NCBI GenBank assembly: GCA_012026655.1
Contig: JAAILG010000348.1
Location: 1 to 64,000, forward strand
Direction of reading: 5' to 3'
DNA length: 64,000 nt
Source: Hydrolagus affinis
Taxonomy: Eukaryota
Under the pieces are notes generated by a model that was not told the origin of the DNA, ran no database searches, and saw only the letters and a program-made list of their open reading frames with translations. A program made the position numbers and the translations under genes. This document shows positions 1 through 12,600 of the stretch, in pieces; the first letter of the stretch is position 1, and the number at the start of each line of letters is the position of its first letter.

Positions 1-945
1 GTGAGTTTCTGAAATTATTCCACACACACAAATTATATTGTTCAATTCTTGTCAGGCAAGCCCCCATTCCTAAAACCAAGAGTATTGACCTATGATCTCA
101 GTGAGCTGTAAATTTCCCAGTTAACCCTGCCTGATTGTCATACAGAGCATGCGATCAATCTCTTACAATTTAATATGCGTTGGTTCAGTCTCAGCATCAT
201 CAATGCTGATGTTGTATTTGAACTGTTCTCTATGAGCTTGGTGCAATAAATGCGGTGTTCTTTTGTGTCTAAGTGTTTTGTATAAGGTGTCATTGAGAAG
301 CCTTCTGTTGAACAAAAATCTGCATCAGTAGTTCTGTAGCACTACATGTTTTATTGATCTGTGGTAATAATTATAAATGTACAAGTAATGGTGAAGACAA
401 CCAACGAATGCTGTGTTTTTTTTTAGAAGAACTGAGGTACTGACAACCAAATTTAATGTTTGTGCAAAACAGCACACATTGGTATAATTACTATCCTGTC
501 TAACCTTCAACTGAATAGCCATTCAAATGGACCCACTCTTCAAATGAAGACAATATAAAGTGTTAGATATTATATTACGTCTGACTGCTTTCTAATTGGC
601 ATGCAGACGTTTAACACCTTGCTTGCCTGTGGACATTTGTACAGTTCAAATCAATCTCACCATAATTCCTTTCCATTCTTGGTTTGACTATGAAGAGCAT
701 TGTACAGGAAGCATTGTTTAAAGTTTGCTCAATCATTCAGCACTTGCACTGGTATCCTGGTTACAGTGTGGCAGCAGGTTTTCTCTCCTGAGCGAAGGTC
801 CTGCAAACTTGCTCAATGCCTCAAGAGTACAATCAGCAAACAATCCATATTGCTCACCATTGATCCATTGCTTTGATGGTACATTGTTAATGTGCTAATA
901 GCATAAGAGCCATTGTATTTATTGGAATATTCTATACAATCAAAT

Positions 946-1059
946 TTTTCCCACAAATTATACAATCCATCCACTTTGCAATATATTCTGCGAAGCACTT
1001 TGAGACGTCTCAACAGAGTGATAAAGGGCTACAACAAATGCAAAGATGATTATTATTAG
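946..1059 (+). mobile_element. 5'-truncated tRNA-SINE (3' L2-derived tail), interrupted in its (ATT)n tail by a DNA transposon
   Basis: ...tattctgcgaagcactttgagacgtctcaacagagtgataaagggctacaacaaatgcaaagatgattattattag matches the 3' end of the full-length SINEs at 2746, 24159 and 38501; the tail resumes at about 1885-1900 (tagtagtattattata). Confidence 0.85.
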
Positions 1060-1363
1060 CACAGGTAATCCTCGATTTAGGATTCTTCTATTTACGTTGT
1101 TTCGATTTAACAAACAATTTTTTAACACCTTTTTATCGATATTCAACATTTGGTTTTGTTTTAACAATCAAAAAATTTATTGCATCTTGTTTGCACATGC
1201 GCAGCATATATATGTGCATTTTGTGGTAAAATCGCAGTTGTATACTGTATCCAAGCGTTTGAACTGGCCAATTTTTGCTGGGATGCAAATTAGCCTCTAA
1301 AACGTTATCTCCCATCTGTTTTGTGGACTCAGCTCTTTTGTAAGTACGCTCTCCCCCTCTCTG

Positions 1364-1540
1364 GTGGGGGGGAGAGGGGGATGGGGAGGGCAGGAGAAAT
1401 GGGGGAGGGAGAGAGAGATGGGGAGGGAAGGAGAGATTCGGAGAGAGGTGGGGAGGGAAGGAAAGATGGGGTGGGGGGGAAGAGATGGGGAGGGAGGGAG
1501 TGGGGGAGCGGGAGAGAGATAGGGTTGGGTCCCAAGGTTG
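1364..1540 (+). repeat. G/A-rich polypurine low-complexity tract (G-quadruplex/triplex prone)
   Basis: Runs of ggggag/gggaga repeated over about 175 bp; it accounts for ORFs 1321..1626 and 1329..1535. Confidence 0.9.
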
Positions 1541-1651
1541 GGACCTGTGTGAGATTAGCGATTAGAGAAAAAGAGATGTGTCATAAAGCCTCGCCCCCAA
1601 AAGCAGCAGCAGCAGACTCTGCTTAGTTTAGCAGTTTAGGAAGATAGCCAG

Positions 1652-1686
1652 CCGGTCCCCAGCATCAAAAAGGTTGAGAAATACTG
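1652..1686. mobile_element. Orphan hAT (Charlie-like) terminal sequence
   Basis: ccggtccccagcatcaaaaaggttgagaaatactg followed by ctttagat resembles a Charlie-type TIR end plus an nTnTAGAn-type target; no partner end was found. Confidence 0.55.
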
Positions 1687-1929
1687 CTTTAGATACTAAA
1701 TCTTGCCTATGTGTTTTATTTTGTGTGTTATTTTAGTGAGTTTAAGATCCGAAAATTTTGTGAAAAGAACGCATGTTGGATTATATAATGGGACCGCATG
1801 GGAAACCGCGTTTCGATTTAGGACGTTTCGATCTGAGTACCGTTTTTCAGGAATGCAACCCCGGCCTAAATTGGGGGTTACCTGTAGTAGTATTATTATA
1901 ATGTTCCTTATTGGCACAAACTCCCACAC

Positions 1930-2180
1930 TTGAGCTATCTGCTTTATTTCCCATAGCTTTCTTATAACGTTGTTTCATAATTTTTCACATGGTTTTCTCA
2001 ATTTTCCCTAATATTTATCCAATTCTCTTTCAAATGTTGTTCTGGATTCAGCAGACATTTACAGAAACAAATTACACACTCTCACCACCCTAATTTACTA
2101 CAATCTTTAAGTTTCCTGTGATTTTGGAAGGATTCTATTATCTTTCTTATGGTGACTTGAAAGGTGGAACAAATCTCTCC
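1930..2180 (-). mobile_element. Degenerate CR1 LINE 3' fragment
   Basis: aatatttatccaattctctttcaaatg...cacactctcaccaccc is similar in layout to the CR1 copy at 46000-46430. Confidence 0.45.
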
Positions 2181-2745
2181 TGAAAGTGCAATAGTATAAA
2201 AACAAGCTTCATTCAATTGGCAGTTCTATTATCTATATGTAGAGTGAATTTAATGACTAGCTGCTGGTAAACTATGGCAATCATTAAGAAGTCATTACAA
2301 GGAATACAAAAGATAACAATGCAATGCTCAATATGCAGAAGATGAATAGAAGCTAAAAGCTGCATTCTTGACTGACATTGAAGAAAATTGAAGACCGAAT
2401 AGAATATTGTTAGATGCTGACATTGTTTCACTTTCAGGGTTTATTTGTCAGTTATTCTGCTTCAAATTTCATCACACATTTCAACATTAAGCATGTTGCA
2501 ATTGCCTTTTGAATACTGATTTTCCAGAATAATGAGTTGACAAGTTAGAAAACATTCAATTTCTATGCACCGGTGAACTTTTAGGTTTAGTCAGTTTGCT
2601 CAATTGATCACATTGCTGTTGTGTCTCAGTGCATGCCCACTACCAACTAAAAATTTGTACAATCTTTGGTCAAGGATGTATGAAGTATTTCTTCACTCAA
2701 ACAGCCCATGTGTTACCCCAGTATTAGAACTATTCCATTACATGT

Positions 2746-3110
2746 GGAGTTCTGTAGCTCGGAGGTTAGAACATTCGCCTCACAAGCAAGACACCTGGGT
2801 TTGATTCCCAGGCAGACCGAAACATTGGGCAAGTTTCCTTACTTGATACGCCTCTGTTTACCCAGTGGTAAGTAAGAAGCCAGTTGTTAGTCGATTGGCG
2901 GATCGCTTTTTCGGGGGGAATAATTCCTTCAAAAGTTAATAATAAATTGGTTACTCAATTAAGACTGTTTTTAAGACACAATTGACTGCCATGTTTTGCC
3001 CACAATATGCCCAGACAATTCGCTTTACAGTATATTCTGTGAAGTGCTTTGAGATGTCTCGAAGACGTGATAAGAAGCTATATCAAATGCAAGGATTATT
3101 ATTATTACTA
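2746..3110 (+). mobile_element. Full-length tRNA-derived SINE (long subfamily; SINE2-1_CM-like)
   Basis: tRNA-like head with box A (tagctcggagg) and box B (ggtttgattcc), an extra internal segment (ctgtttacccagtggtaagtaag...), and an L2-type tail ending caaatgcaaggattattattatt. Confidence 0.9.
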
Positions 3111-3119
3111 CAAGGCAGC

Positions 3120-3390
3120 TTGGCCATAAAATCAGAGCTGAGATGGTTTAAGCTGACATCAGGAAACATTGTTCCCAGAGACAGTTGTGCAGAAGTGGAA
3201 TGTTTGTCTGCAGAAAGCTGTAGTGGCCTAATTGATAGCAAGGTTTGAAGAGAGAGAAATAGGCAGATGCTTCGGTAGTGGAGATAAACGGGGTCAGATG
3301 ATTGATTTTAGAAGGTCTGCCAAAATTTAATAAAGTGGTGGAACAAGCACGATGGGACCAATGGCCTGTTTTGGTTCCTATTATTTCACA
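3120..3390 (+). mobile_element. CR1 LINE 3' end fragment
   Basis: ggaaacattgttcccagagacagttgtgcagaagtggaa...gcacgatgggaccaatggcctgttttggttcctattatttc resembles the CR1 ORF2 end and 3'UTR. Confidence 0.6.
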
Positions 3391-5173
3391 ATACTGTATA
3401 CTTTATCATTGCCATACATGTTACATTGTCAAATCCACAGGCTTTTGAAACCTAAGCTTCATTGCTTAATAATTACCCGATTTATCTTATAGTCTCACCA
3501 CTTCTCTCAGATTGTATCCTTTCCTATGGGTCTTGATCCTCCAGTTCTTTCTTTTAGGGAGATTTTAAAAAGCCTTTTCAAAGGAAATGACTTAATGAAG
3601 GAATCAAACATTAAACCTCTCTTAGGAGCAACTATTAAAATAGAGCACATATGTAATGAACTAAAGCAAAATCATTTCAAGAATCTTCTAATCTAGATGA
3701 CGGAAATAAGGATTCACAGTGGGCCCAACTATATTCTTTTTCCTGAGACAGGCCAAGCTTTGAATGTCAGTGTAGGATGAAAGTAGCCAGGTGAAGTGTT
3801 ATATTCTTCTTTCATCCACTTGCCATTGAACAAGGTGATAAACAGTGCAACATCTCCGATCTTCTTCCAAGGTGCTCTTGAACATTAGGTATAATTCATC
3901 AGATTTTCAGTTTGCTCCTATTATCAAATGAAATATGACCATTAATGTGCGTATTTGTGATCGAGGGGGAAGGCAGATTGGTGATTAAAATCAAAGTGTA
4001 CTTGGGACATGATTGTATTCGGATTGTTTGCATTGGAATAACTAACAGGTTCCAGAACTAGGATCATAAATAAACTATTTTATTTGGTTGCATGACATGC
4101 AATTATACATCATCATTATTACGGCTCAGCACCAGAGGATTGTCTGCAGGTATGATTGATTACTCAGGATAAAAACAACTTAATGCTAATGGTGTGGAAG
4201 CTGTTCAGTAATCCTGTTAATAAAGTACCATCACTATACCGGGGCTAGCGTACCATTATTTCTTGCAAACGACAAATATTAAAATACTGTTACTGTGCAT
4301 GGCAAGCCACACTAAAGGGAATTGGCTTGTCCCCAGTCCCTTCAAGGTGCTATGGCACAAAATACTTGCAGCGCTGCCAAAAGAAGAGATTCAAATTTGT
4401 TGCTGTGTTTATGCATTGCTAAATACCGTGAATGCTAAGGATCATTCCAATTAATAAAATACACTGTTATTTAATTGTGCCTTTGCATTCTAGCCTAAAC
4501 AAAAGCATAACCGTCAGGAGTCATCAAATGTGTATCATCTGGATTGCTTGATAGTGTGTTCCTCTTGAGGTAAAAAGCTTATCGCAGTCCCACTGGTGAT
4601 AATAATTTTGTAGAGGACACAATATTCTAGCAAGGAAAATTGGCTTTATTTTTCCTGTGTTGAATTCCGGACGTTAGCACTGTCGCATTTGTTAATCCAT
4701 CTAAATATATCTTCCTTTTTTTAAAAAAAAACTGCCTCAAGGCACAGATCAGGTTTACCACTATTGTTGATATTTCTATCTTTGTTTAGTTGGTGTATCT
4801 AATTCCCAGTCCCTGTCATTGTTTTCCTATGATCTTAATTATGACTGGAACAAAAAGAATAATCAAAAAAGTTCCTCCTCATTTGCAAGGAATTTATTTA
4901 TTCCTCACATCTGCATCAAACTTTAATTTAAAAAAAATCATTCAAGTCAACAGCTGGAATGATAACATGAGCCTGACAATTTGACACCAGTTGATAATTC
5001 TGCATTACACATGGTACCCTATCAGTATAATGAACAAGACCCCCCACGATGCAAAAGTGCTTGCACTGTACCACAAAATACGAGAGCACAAGTCACATTC
5101 AAATCAAAAGGTAAATGTTGGCTCCTTTGATTTTTGTATCAGCAGCAACAAAAGACAAGATTTGCACAATTAC

Positions 5174-5238
5174 CCCTCTCTCTCCTCCTCCCCCTCCCCC
5201 ACCCCCCCCACTCCACCCCCGACCATCTCCCCTCCCTC
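5174..5238 (+). repeat. C-rich polypyrimidine low-complexity tract
   Basis: ccctctctctcctcctccccctcccccacccccccca...; source of the spurious Pro/Ser-rich ORF 4991..5377. Confidence 0.85.
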
Positions 5239-8200
5239 GTCACATATATACAACATAATTTATTACATGTCTCTGTTACATTTTGCCAATACAAGCATTT
5301 TCGTTCAATATCAGGATACATTGTTTTGTCAATTGAGGAGGAAATTAAGTCTAATTTCTTGTTTTACGTATATTTAATAAATCATGCCTTCATTAATTGG
5401 AAATCTACATGTAAATCAATCATCAGCCCTTTTGAGAGTTGAGCTCTTAAAATTATTCATTTTGAAACTTTCAAGTTCCCATCATTATTCTGAGTTGGCA
5501 AAGGAAATGTATATAAAGAAGGCTGTCTCCGCACAGAAGGGTTTTGATGTGGCATGATGCGGATAGCCAGAAAAACAGCTTTCAACTTGGCTTCTAAGAT
5601 GATTCAAAGCAGCCAATTTAATTTATACGTGGATGCATGCAACGATGGTGAATATGAACATAGTAGTTTAAGGGTGGAATGCCACTAGTGTATGTAGAAA
5701 AGGTAGCAGATGGTTATTTTTGGAACTGTAACTAAGGAGACATAAACTCAATATTGCACTAATTAGAGGTGCATTCATTATTCCTTTAATTGATTAATTG
5801 TTGCAATTCGGTAAGTGATCATAAAGTAATCTAATGAAATATTCAGACAAATGGATGTAAAGTTTTCAAGTTGCTAATGAGTTGCTAATGCCAACTTAAT
5901 ATTGGGTATGTTTGGTCTCGACTACTTCGGTTTAAGCTATTACATCAGGATGTCTGGCTCACAAAGCTAATGCAACTACTTGTGATCAGCTGATATCAAA
6001 AACAGTAATGGGTAAATCAGGCAAAATATAATTTTTATTGAATTGTTTTTGATCATTTTCAGGACAAGGGCCATTCCCATCAGTGAAATGCATTGATTGA
6101 TCTGTCACCATCTTTAATCTTACTCTACTGGCTGTTCATTTTGTAGCGGTGTCCACAATGGGGAATTTTGTGAACAGGGATTTTTAAGCTTGAACATTGA
6201 TTGTGTTTTGACGTGACTAAATGGGCTAAGCTGAGCTAGGTTTAACATTTTGAACTGCATTCACCCACAGCAAAAATCTATTACATTTGGAGAAAATTGT
6301 AGGTTTTATTTGAGGGTGTTTAAAAACCCTCAGCAAATTTTAGGGGAGAGGGAATTGTAATTGGTCTTCAAGTGGACTGGTTGCATTATTGCCAATTGTG
6401 GGAGATGAAGGTACTGCAGGGATATTGCCGTGGCCTTTGTTTACACCAGTATTTACTGCACTGTTTAGCTACTGATTGGGAATTACAAAGAGCACCACAG
6501 TGGATGGGGGTAAATGGATTATTCATGAACGCTATTTTTATATTTTAGCATTTCCTATTCCAAATATTCAGCTTCCCTCTGAACACGTGGCTGATTGTAA
6601 GATAGACAATATTCACGACTGCGAACATGGTCCGAGGTGGTAAGATCTTTCAAGGGAAAATAAGATAAATATCTCAAATCTAAGCAACTTGTGGGGAATT
6701 ATGGGGTAAAAGGCAGGCAAGTAGGGGTGCAATATATTAGTGTTAAAGGAACAGTACAGACAGAATTCACTGATTGACTTTCTTCTGTTCCTTGTAGTTC
6801 TATGGTTCTATCCAGCAGGTATTGTTTGAGCACCAACACTTGACAAAGGTGGGTTAGGGTTCAAGACAGGTATCAGGGATTCAAAACCAACAAGTCCCCT
6901 GTGGTGAATGAGCTTTATCCCATGGTGGTTAGAGGCAAGGCAAGAAATCTGCAAAGCACTGACAGACGTTGTTTGGGATTCACTCACCTTTGATTAAGTT
7001 TCAACAGAGACAAATAAATGTGGTTCCATTGCAAATCATGCTACTTCAGAGCCAGCTCAACTCCAATGAGACTCTGCTTACCAGCCATCTCCATGTATAG
7101 TTACTTAAAAGTTACTTAAATGTTACCTGTAGTCTAACCATCTAGTTTATTATTCCAAATACTGTACTCTCATTTGCTTCCAATTTCTAGATTGGGAGAT
7201 TAACTGAGTAAACGTATTCTGCAATGCATTTTGTTAAAATCACTATGCTGCATAATAGTTAATGAAGAAATCTTTTAGTTTCTCTAGTTGTTTTCAGACT
7301 TGCACACCAGTTAAGACTCATTGCCGTCAATAGCCAAGAAAATGCTCAGCATGACATTCCAATCATGTTTAGTGTCTGTATAATTGCACACAAATGCTCA
7401 TTGGAACATACAAGAATTACAATTAACAGACGCTTTCAAAAAAAAATCTTGAATTGTAGCACTCATGTTTCACTCTAAATTTGATGGTACGAAAATCAGA
7501 ATTTTAGATATTACTATTCATCAGTGGCAGAAATAAGGTGGAGTCCAGAAATAAGGACTCTAGCTTCTTGTCCAGAAATCTTGGGATTGTGATTGACTGT
7601 TGGCACTTGTGATGGTCTTTATAGGAAAACTAAATGCATTTATCAACCATTTTTATGCCCTGCTGACTGCAATTTTTAATCAGTTATGTTATATAACTGT
7701 TTTGTCTTTTGGGCTTATCGCAGAAGGATTTATTTGGCAAATTACTGCCAATTAGATTGTGTAAACAAAAACGGATGGGGGAAAACCATCACAAAACTGT
7801 TAAAAAAAAATGAAAGACTTCTTCCTGTACTTTCTAAAGCATGATAAAATGGTCATTATAGGATTGCCACAGAGGAAAACAAAGTTGAAAAACATTTGCT
7901 TTCTCACAATAGAGTGACACAGACTGGAAAATGCAACCAAGAAGAGGAATTTATTTTGTCAGATATCCACCCCTCTCCGTGTTTTACAACACATCAACAA
8001 CTTGCATTTTATTAACTCCCTTTACATGAGGCGGGGTCTCAGAAGAGTTTCAGAACTTGTCTTAGCAAATGGAGGAAAATTCTACCGAGTGTGTCTGTAT
8101 CCTGATCAGCTGCACCTTGGATGATTTCCCACATGACTTCCCTATCATGGCCAACAGGGGATTCAATGAATGGACAGTGAGGAGCATCATCATGGGAAGG

Positions 8201-8744
8201 AAACAAATCAGACATTGAGATATTCCAAAACAGTTTGTTTCTTCAGTCCTGACTGAAGAATTGGTGCGTTACATATTGGCAATGGGGTGGGCAGGATTAT
8301 TATTACTATTACTAGATTGAAAAATAAAAAATGGCAATTGTTGTACAGAGGCAAACTGAATACAGATTTTTGTGCATAGAAACACTTTAGAGCAAGATGG
8401 GCTATTTTCATGCTTCTTAGGTGGTAAGATGAGCCAAGTATGAATATTTAAATTTCATACAGAAATGAGTATTGTCACATAGTTGTTTTTAATGTTACAG
8501 CATAGCTGTACTAAATTATTAAGGGAGGGAGAAAATGCAGTCTATGATGTGGTAATTATTGCATTTGGTGATAATTATCATATACGTTTTTGCGCAGTTC
8601 CTATTCAGCTGATTGCAATAATACCGAAAAAGATTAATATTTTAAATTTCCACACATCTTAAACACATGCTAGTTTCACAGAAGTTAAAGAAAAAAAACG
8701 ATTTCACAGCAAAATATTACAATACTCTTATAATATACTGTACT

Positions 8745-8995
8745 ATAAAGCTCGTGTTACTCATCAATGTATTATGATGCTCCAGTGTTTCACAACAATG
8801 TATTGCAATACTCTGTTGTCTTGCAACAAGCTAATACAATGTTCTTGTGTCTCACTAATGTATTACAATGCTCTTGTACTTTTATCTTGGAACAACGTGT
8901 TACAATACTCCAGACTAGAGTACAGTATAGTATAATGTCATGATGTCTCACAACAATGCATTACGTTGGTGTCACGACAATGGTGTCTTGCAGCA
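8745..8995. repeat. Degenerate ~31-bp minisatellite
   Basis: Recurring unit close to tgtctcacaacaatgtattacaatgctct, with about 6-7 decayed copies. Confidence 0.7.
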
Positions 8996-9514
8996 ATTAT
9001 GGTTAAAAGCTTTAGGTCAGCAGTGTTTACATTGAACAGGTGGACAACTCTGATGCATACTAACGGTTCCTACCCATCACTAACCATTCTGTGCTGACAC
9101 TGAACTGGTGACTTTCCAGCGCCTTCCCATAACTGTTACTTATCATTCCCAATTTTCATTTTTCAAGTAAAACAAAGTGAAGTGAGATCAAATATTCTGT
9201 TTCCCTTAGTAGGAAATCTTGCAGAACTATATTTTATAATTTTATGTTTTTTTATATAAGCCTCCCAGTTATGTGCATTGCTCAAAATCAAGGCTTTTCA
9301 GTCCCACTAATGACATTCTTTCCACATAATTTCATGTCATCTCAAATTGCTCCACAGGATTTACTGTCAAGTGCAGTGACTGTTTATTTTGCAGGCCATA
9401 GCACCATCATTGAAGGTGTGAAACTTCTCTGCTATAATTTGCCAAAGAATCAGAATTTTTGACACAGTTTCTTTTAGCACAGATCAATTATGAGCTTACA
9501 TTGACTGGGCAGTT

Positions 9515-9665
9515 CAATAAATAATTATCCTTGCATTTAATATAGAAACTTATTGTGTCAACATTTCAAAGCACTTCATATAGCATAGTACTGTAACTAT
9601 GTTTCTAGATACAGTAGATGTGGCAGTCAATTTACCCCCAAAGTAGCCATGAAGTGAATAACTAG
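9515..9665 (-). mobile_element. SINE 3' fragment
   Basis: aataaataattatccttgcatttaatatag...caaagcacttca is the reverse complement of the SINE tail. Confidence 0.7.
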
Positions 9666-12600
9666 TTTAGTTTCTGGTTCAGAACATATAATTATGCCAA
9701 CGTTAAGCAGCTCAGAAGAAAATAAATACAACCCATGTTGAATTTAATATTACATTAACCTCAATTTGCAATTGAAGTGCTGAATCAGCACATTGATTTA
9801 AAAACTAAATTTTCCCCCAATTATCTCCTTTAATCATTGTAATATTACAACTGTTTAACAAAGAAAACTTATCATTTCCATTGTACTTTCTGGTAAATAA
9901 TGAATCAGCTGCACTTTTCTTATTACACAAAACTTTCACAGTTTATTACTGCAATTCTGCTTATGAAACTATAGTAATTGTAAACTGAGGTACTGTAGCT
10001 CTGCATTATTTCTTTGAATGAGAGCGATATTCATAGCAAATGAATCTATAAAAGCTCAATTTCTGTCTCTTTGTTCTTGATTGGAGCATGATTTCTTGGC
10101 AGAGCTGGATTTCCCCAGAGAAAATCATGAGTGAACTTTGCTCTATCAGTTTAATTAGTTTTGCCATTAATTGTGCCACTGATCCTGAATATTTAATCAA
10201 TCGACGTGACCTCACCCACAGTGGCAAGTTAAGGATGATTAGGTCACGAAGCTTAAATGGATTAACATATTTCTCCTTTTGACTTGTTCATAGAGATTTT
10301 CATAAGTCCATTCCAATTCAGGTGACAAGATTCTTAAAATAGCCAATATTAATCCTAAAATATAGATTAAGCAGACCCAATTCTCTTACCATTTTAATTC
10401 AATATCTTCTCACAGGTTCTAGATTTTCTTCCTTCTCATAATATATTTGATAATAGATAAATATATTCCTTTATGATTTTTCAAAGGAAAATCATACAAT
10501 TCAAATGAATAATTCAGGAATAATATTAACTTTGACCATATCAATTAGTTCTTTAAAGATGGTTACAAAAATACCATTGTTTCACAATTGATTTAAATGT
10601 GGTCGAACATGCATTATACTGCACTTTAGAGATGTCTTCCAATTTTGGCCTAATTATTATAACTAAATATTTAATTCTATGGTACCTTTCAATAGCACAT
10701 TATGGTTATAATATCTAGCTGAAAGCAGGTATCAAACTTAATCCAGTTACCCTTGACTTCAAAGAAGCTATTCAATGCAAGAACGCATATTAGAGCTAAG
10801 CTGGTTAGAAGTAAAATCAGAAAATGTTCCTTCAGAGAATGTGCAATGCATGGTTGTAGATGCAGAATCAATTTGGATGTTTAAAAGGGAGATGTATACT
10901 TGAAATATGAGGGTATTTAGGGATTTGGAGAAAAGGCAGGAAACGTCTGCCATCATTAAACAAAATAATGGTAATCCGTGCATTTGATATCAGAATGAGC
11001 TCAACAAGCGAAATGGCCTTTATCTTCCTTTCTTTCAAAACAAACCTCCGTGTGTGTGGATTTGAGGCAGTTATTGGAATCACATGTTGTGCTGTTATAC
11101 GCTTGTCTCCTACCAATTTTCCAACTGTTGATTGAAAGCAATGATTTGAAAGCCCCAAAAGTACTTTTACTACATAAAGGGTTAATTGCCTTAAACCAAA
11201 GCCACTGTTCAATGTATTGTATCACTATTCACAAATGCACTCAATCTTTGTTTACAATATTTTATCTTTGAAACGTGCCTTTTTTTCCATTCTACAATCA
11301 AATTAGAGAACATTTTCATCTTAAGAGTTCTTGGCAAAATCAAGCTGCTTCAATATTCAAATCTACTGTTGAATATAGTAATGGTTACAGTAGCTGGTCT
11401 TGAAAATGTGACATTCTCAAATGAAAATTATGACTTCAGTTGCCGCTGAAATTGAAGGTTTGCTGCCAGATTCCATTCTGATGTCTAAAGCCCATCTCAC
11501 TGACACTGTTTGACGCTGTACTGACCTTTTGTCCAACCTCCTGGGCCTTCTCTCAGCCAAGAAAAATCACCTTATGATTGAAGCCATAATTCAGCCTTCT
11601 CATGAATATTCTTATTTCAACAATATAGCAGCACACAATTTCATTTTTTTAAAAAAGTTTTGGGAAGAGATGGACAAAGTCAGTCATAAATCACAATTCA
11701 TAATTTGTTCCAAACTCTGCCTATTTCTTTGGGTCTTCTGATGAGATCCATATCTAATTTAAACAGTAGTAGGTTACCTGTACTGCAGTATTCCAATAGG
11801 CCTCGGAAGGCCTATTGTTTGACTTTGTATACACCAGATGCTGATTCTCTATTCAATAAATTTCTCAATTTTGATCGGCCAAATGTGCCTCGTTTTCCAT
11901 CTAACAGCAAATTTACCAACCTTGACAGCACAAATTTGCAATGGGAAAAATCCTTTTTGAGGATCACTAAATTCGCCAACCACCTGGGATTCCTGGGGGT
12001 CAGGCAAAATCCAACACATAAAATTCACGACATCATAAAAACACACCTGCCTTCCTTCTGCCAGTTGCAACTTGCTACGAGTCATAAACTTTGTCTTGCA
12101 AGGATTAGGAAGGGGAAAGAGATGGACAGGAAATCCACAGCAGGATGATCAGTATCTGAAAGAGAAAAGTAGTTTAGCATTTGAGGCATAATCTTTTCTT
12201 CCAATAACACTAACCTTTCCCATGGAAATTGTACATGTTTTTCCACATTTAGCCACTGTGGAAAATGTCCTCCTTCCTTAGCTCCTCTAGTGATGCAGTC
12301 CTTCCTGATGGCTTTTTACTGCAGGCTTAATCAGCAAGCATTCTTTTTATCCCAACTGAACCAAATTCCCTGGATTGACACTTCCATCTTACATTGACAG
12401 ATTGTCTGAAATTCCCAGGCTGTCACATTAATCTTGTTTGCTTCGGGTCCTTGAATGTTGTTGACTCCCTACTTACAATAGGGGTTTAAGCCTTTAGTTA
12501 GCGTGGCCTGATTTCTCCCTGTGGATCTGCTTATTCCGAATGATGTTGTCCGCCTCTCCCAGTGGGTGTGCAGGCTCTATTATTATGCAGCCTCCCCCCA

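Larger units (their letters stand above)
1062..1884. mobile_element. Non-autonomous Tc1/mariner (Tigger/pogo-like) DNA transposon
   Basis: Imperfect TIRs: left caggtaatcctcgatttagg versus reverse complement of the right end caggtaacccccaatttagg. TA on the right flank (1885-86) and CA on the left. Subterminal ttcgattta repeats occur at both ends. No transposase ORF. Confidence 0.75.

Noticed and set aside
1-10. Window starts with GTGAGT (and another GTGAGT lies at 63991), resembling splice donors
   Set aside because: No upstream exon is visible for position 1 and no credible exon precedes 63991; it cannot be distinguished from chance
1321-1626. Gly/Glu/Arg-rich and Pro/Ser-rich ORFs (also 4991..5377, 41834..42563, 43331..43717)
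   Set aside because: They are products of low-complexity tracts or off-frame/antisense L2 sequence
8745-8995. CRISPR-like periodicity
   Set aside because: The units are contiguous degenerate tandem repeats without unique spacers, the context is eukaryotic and there are no cas genes
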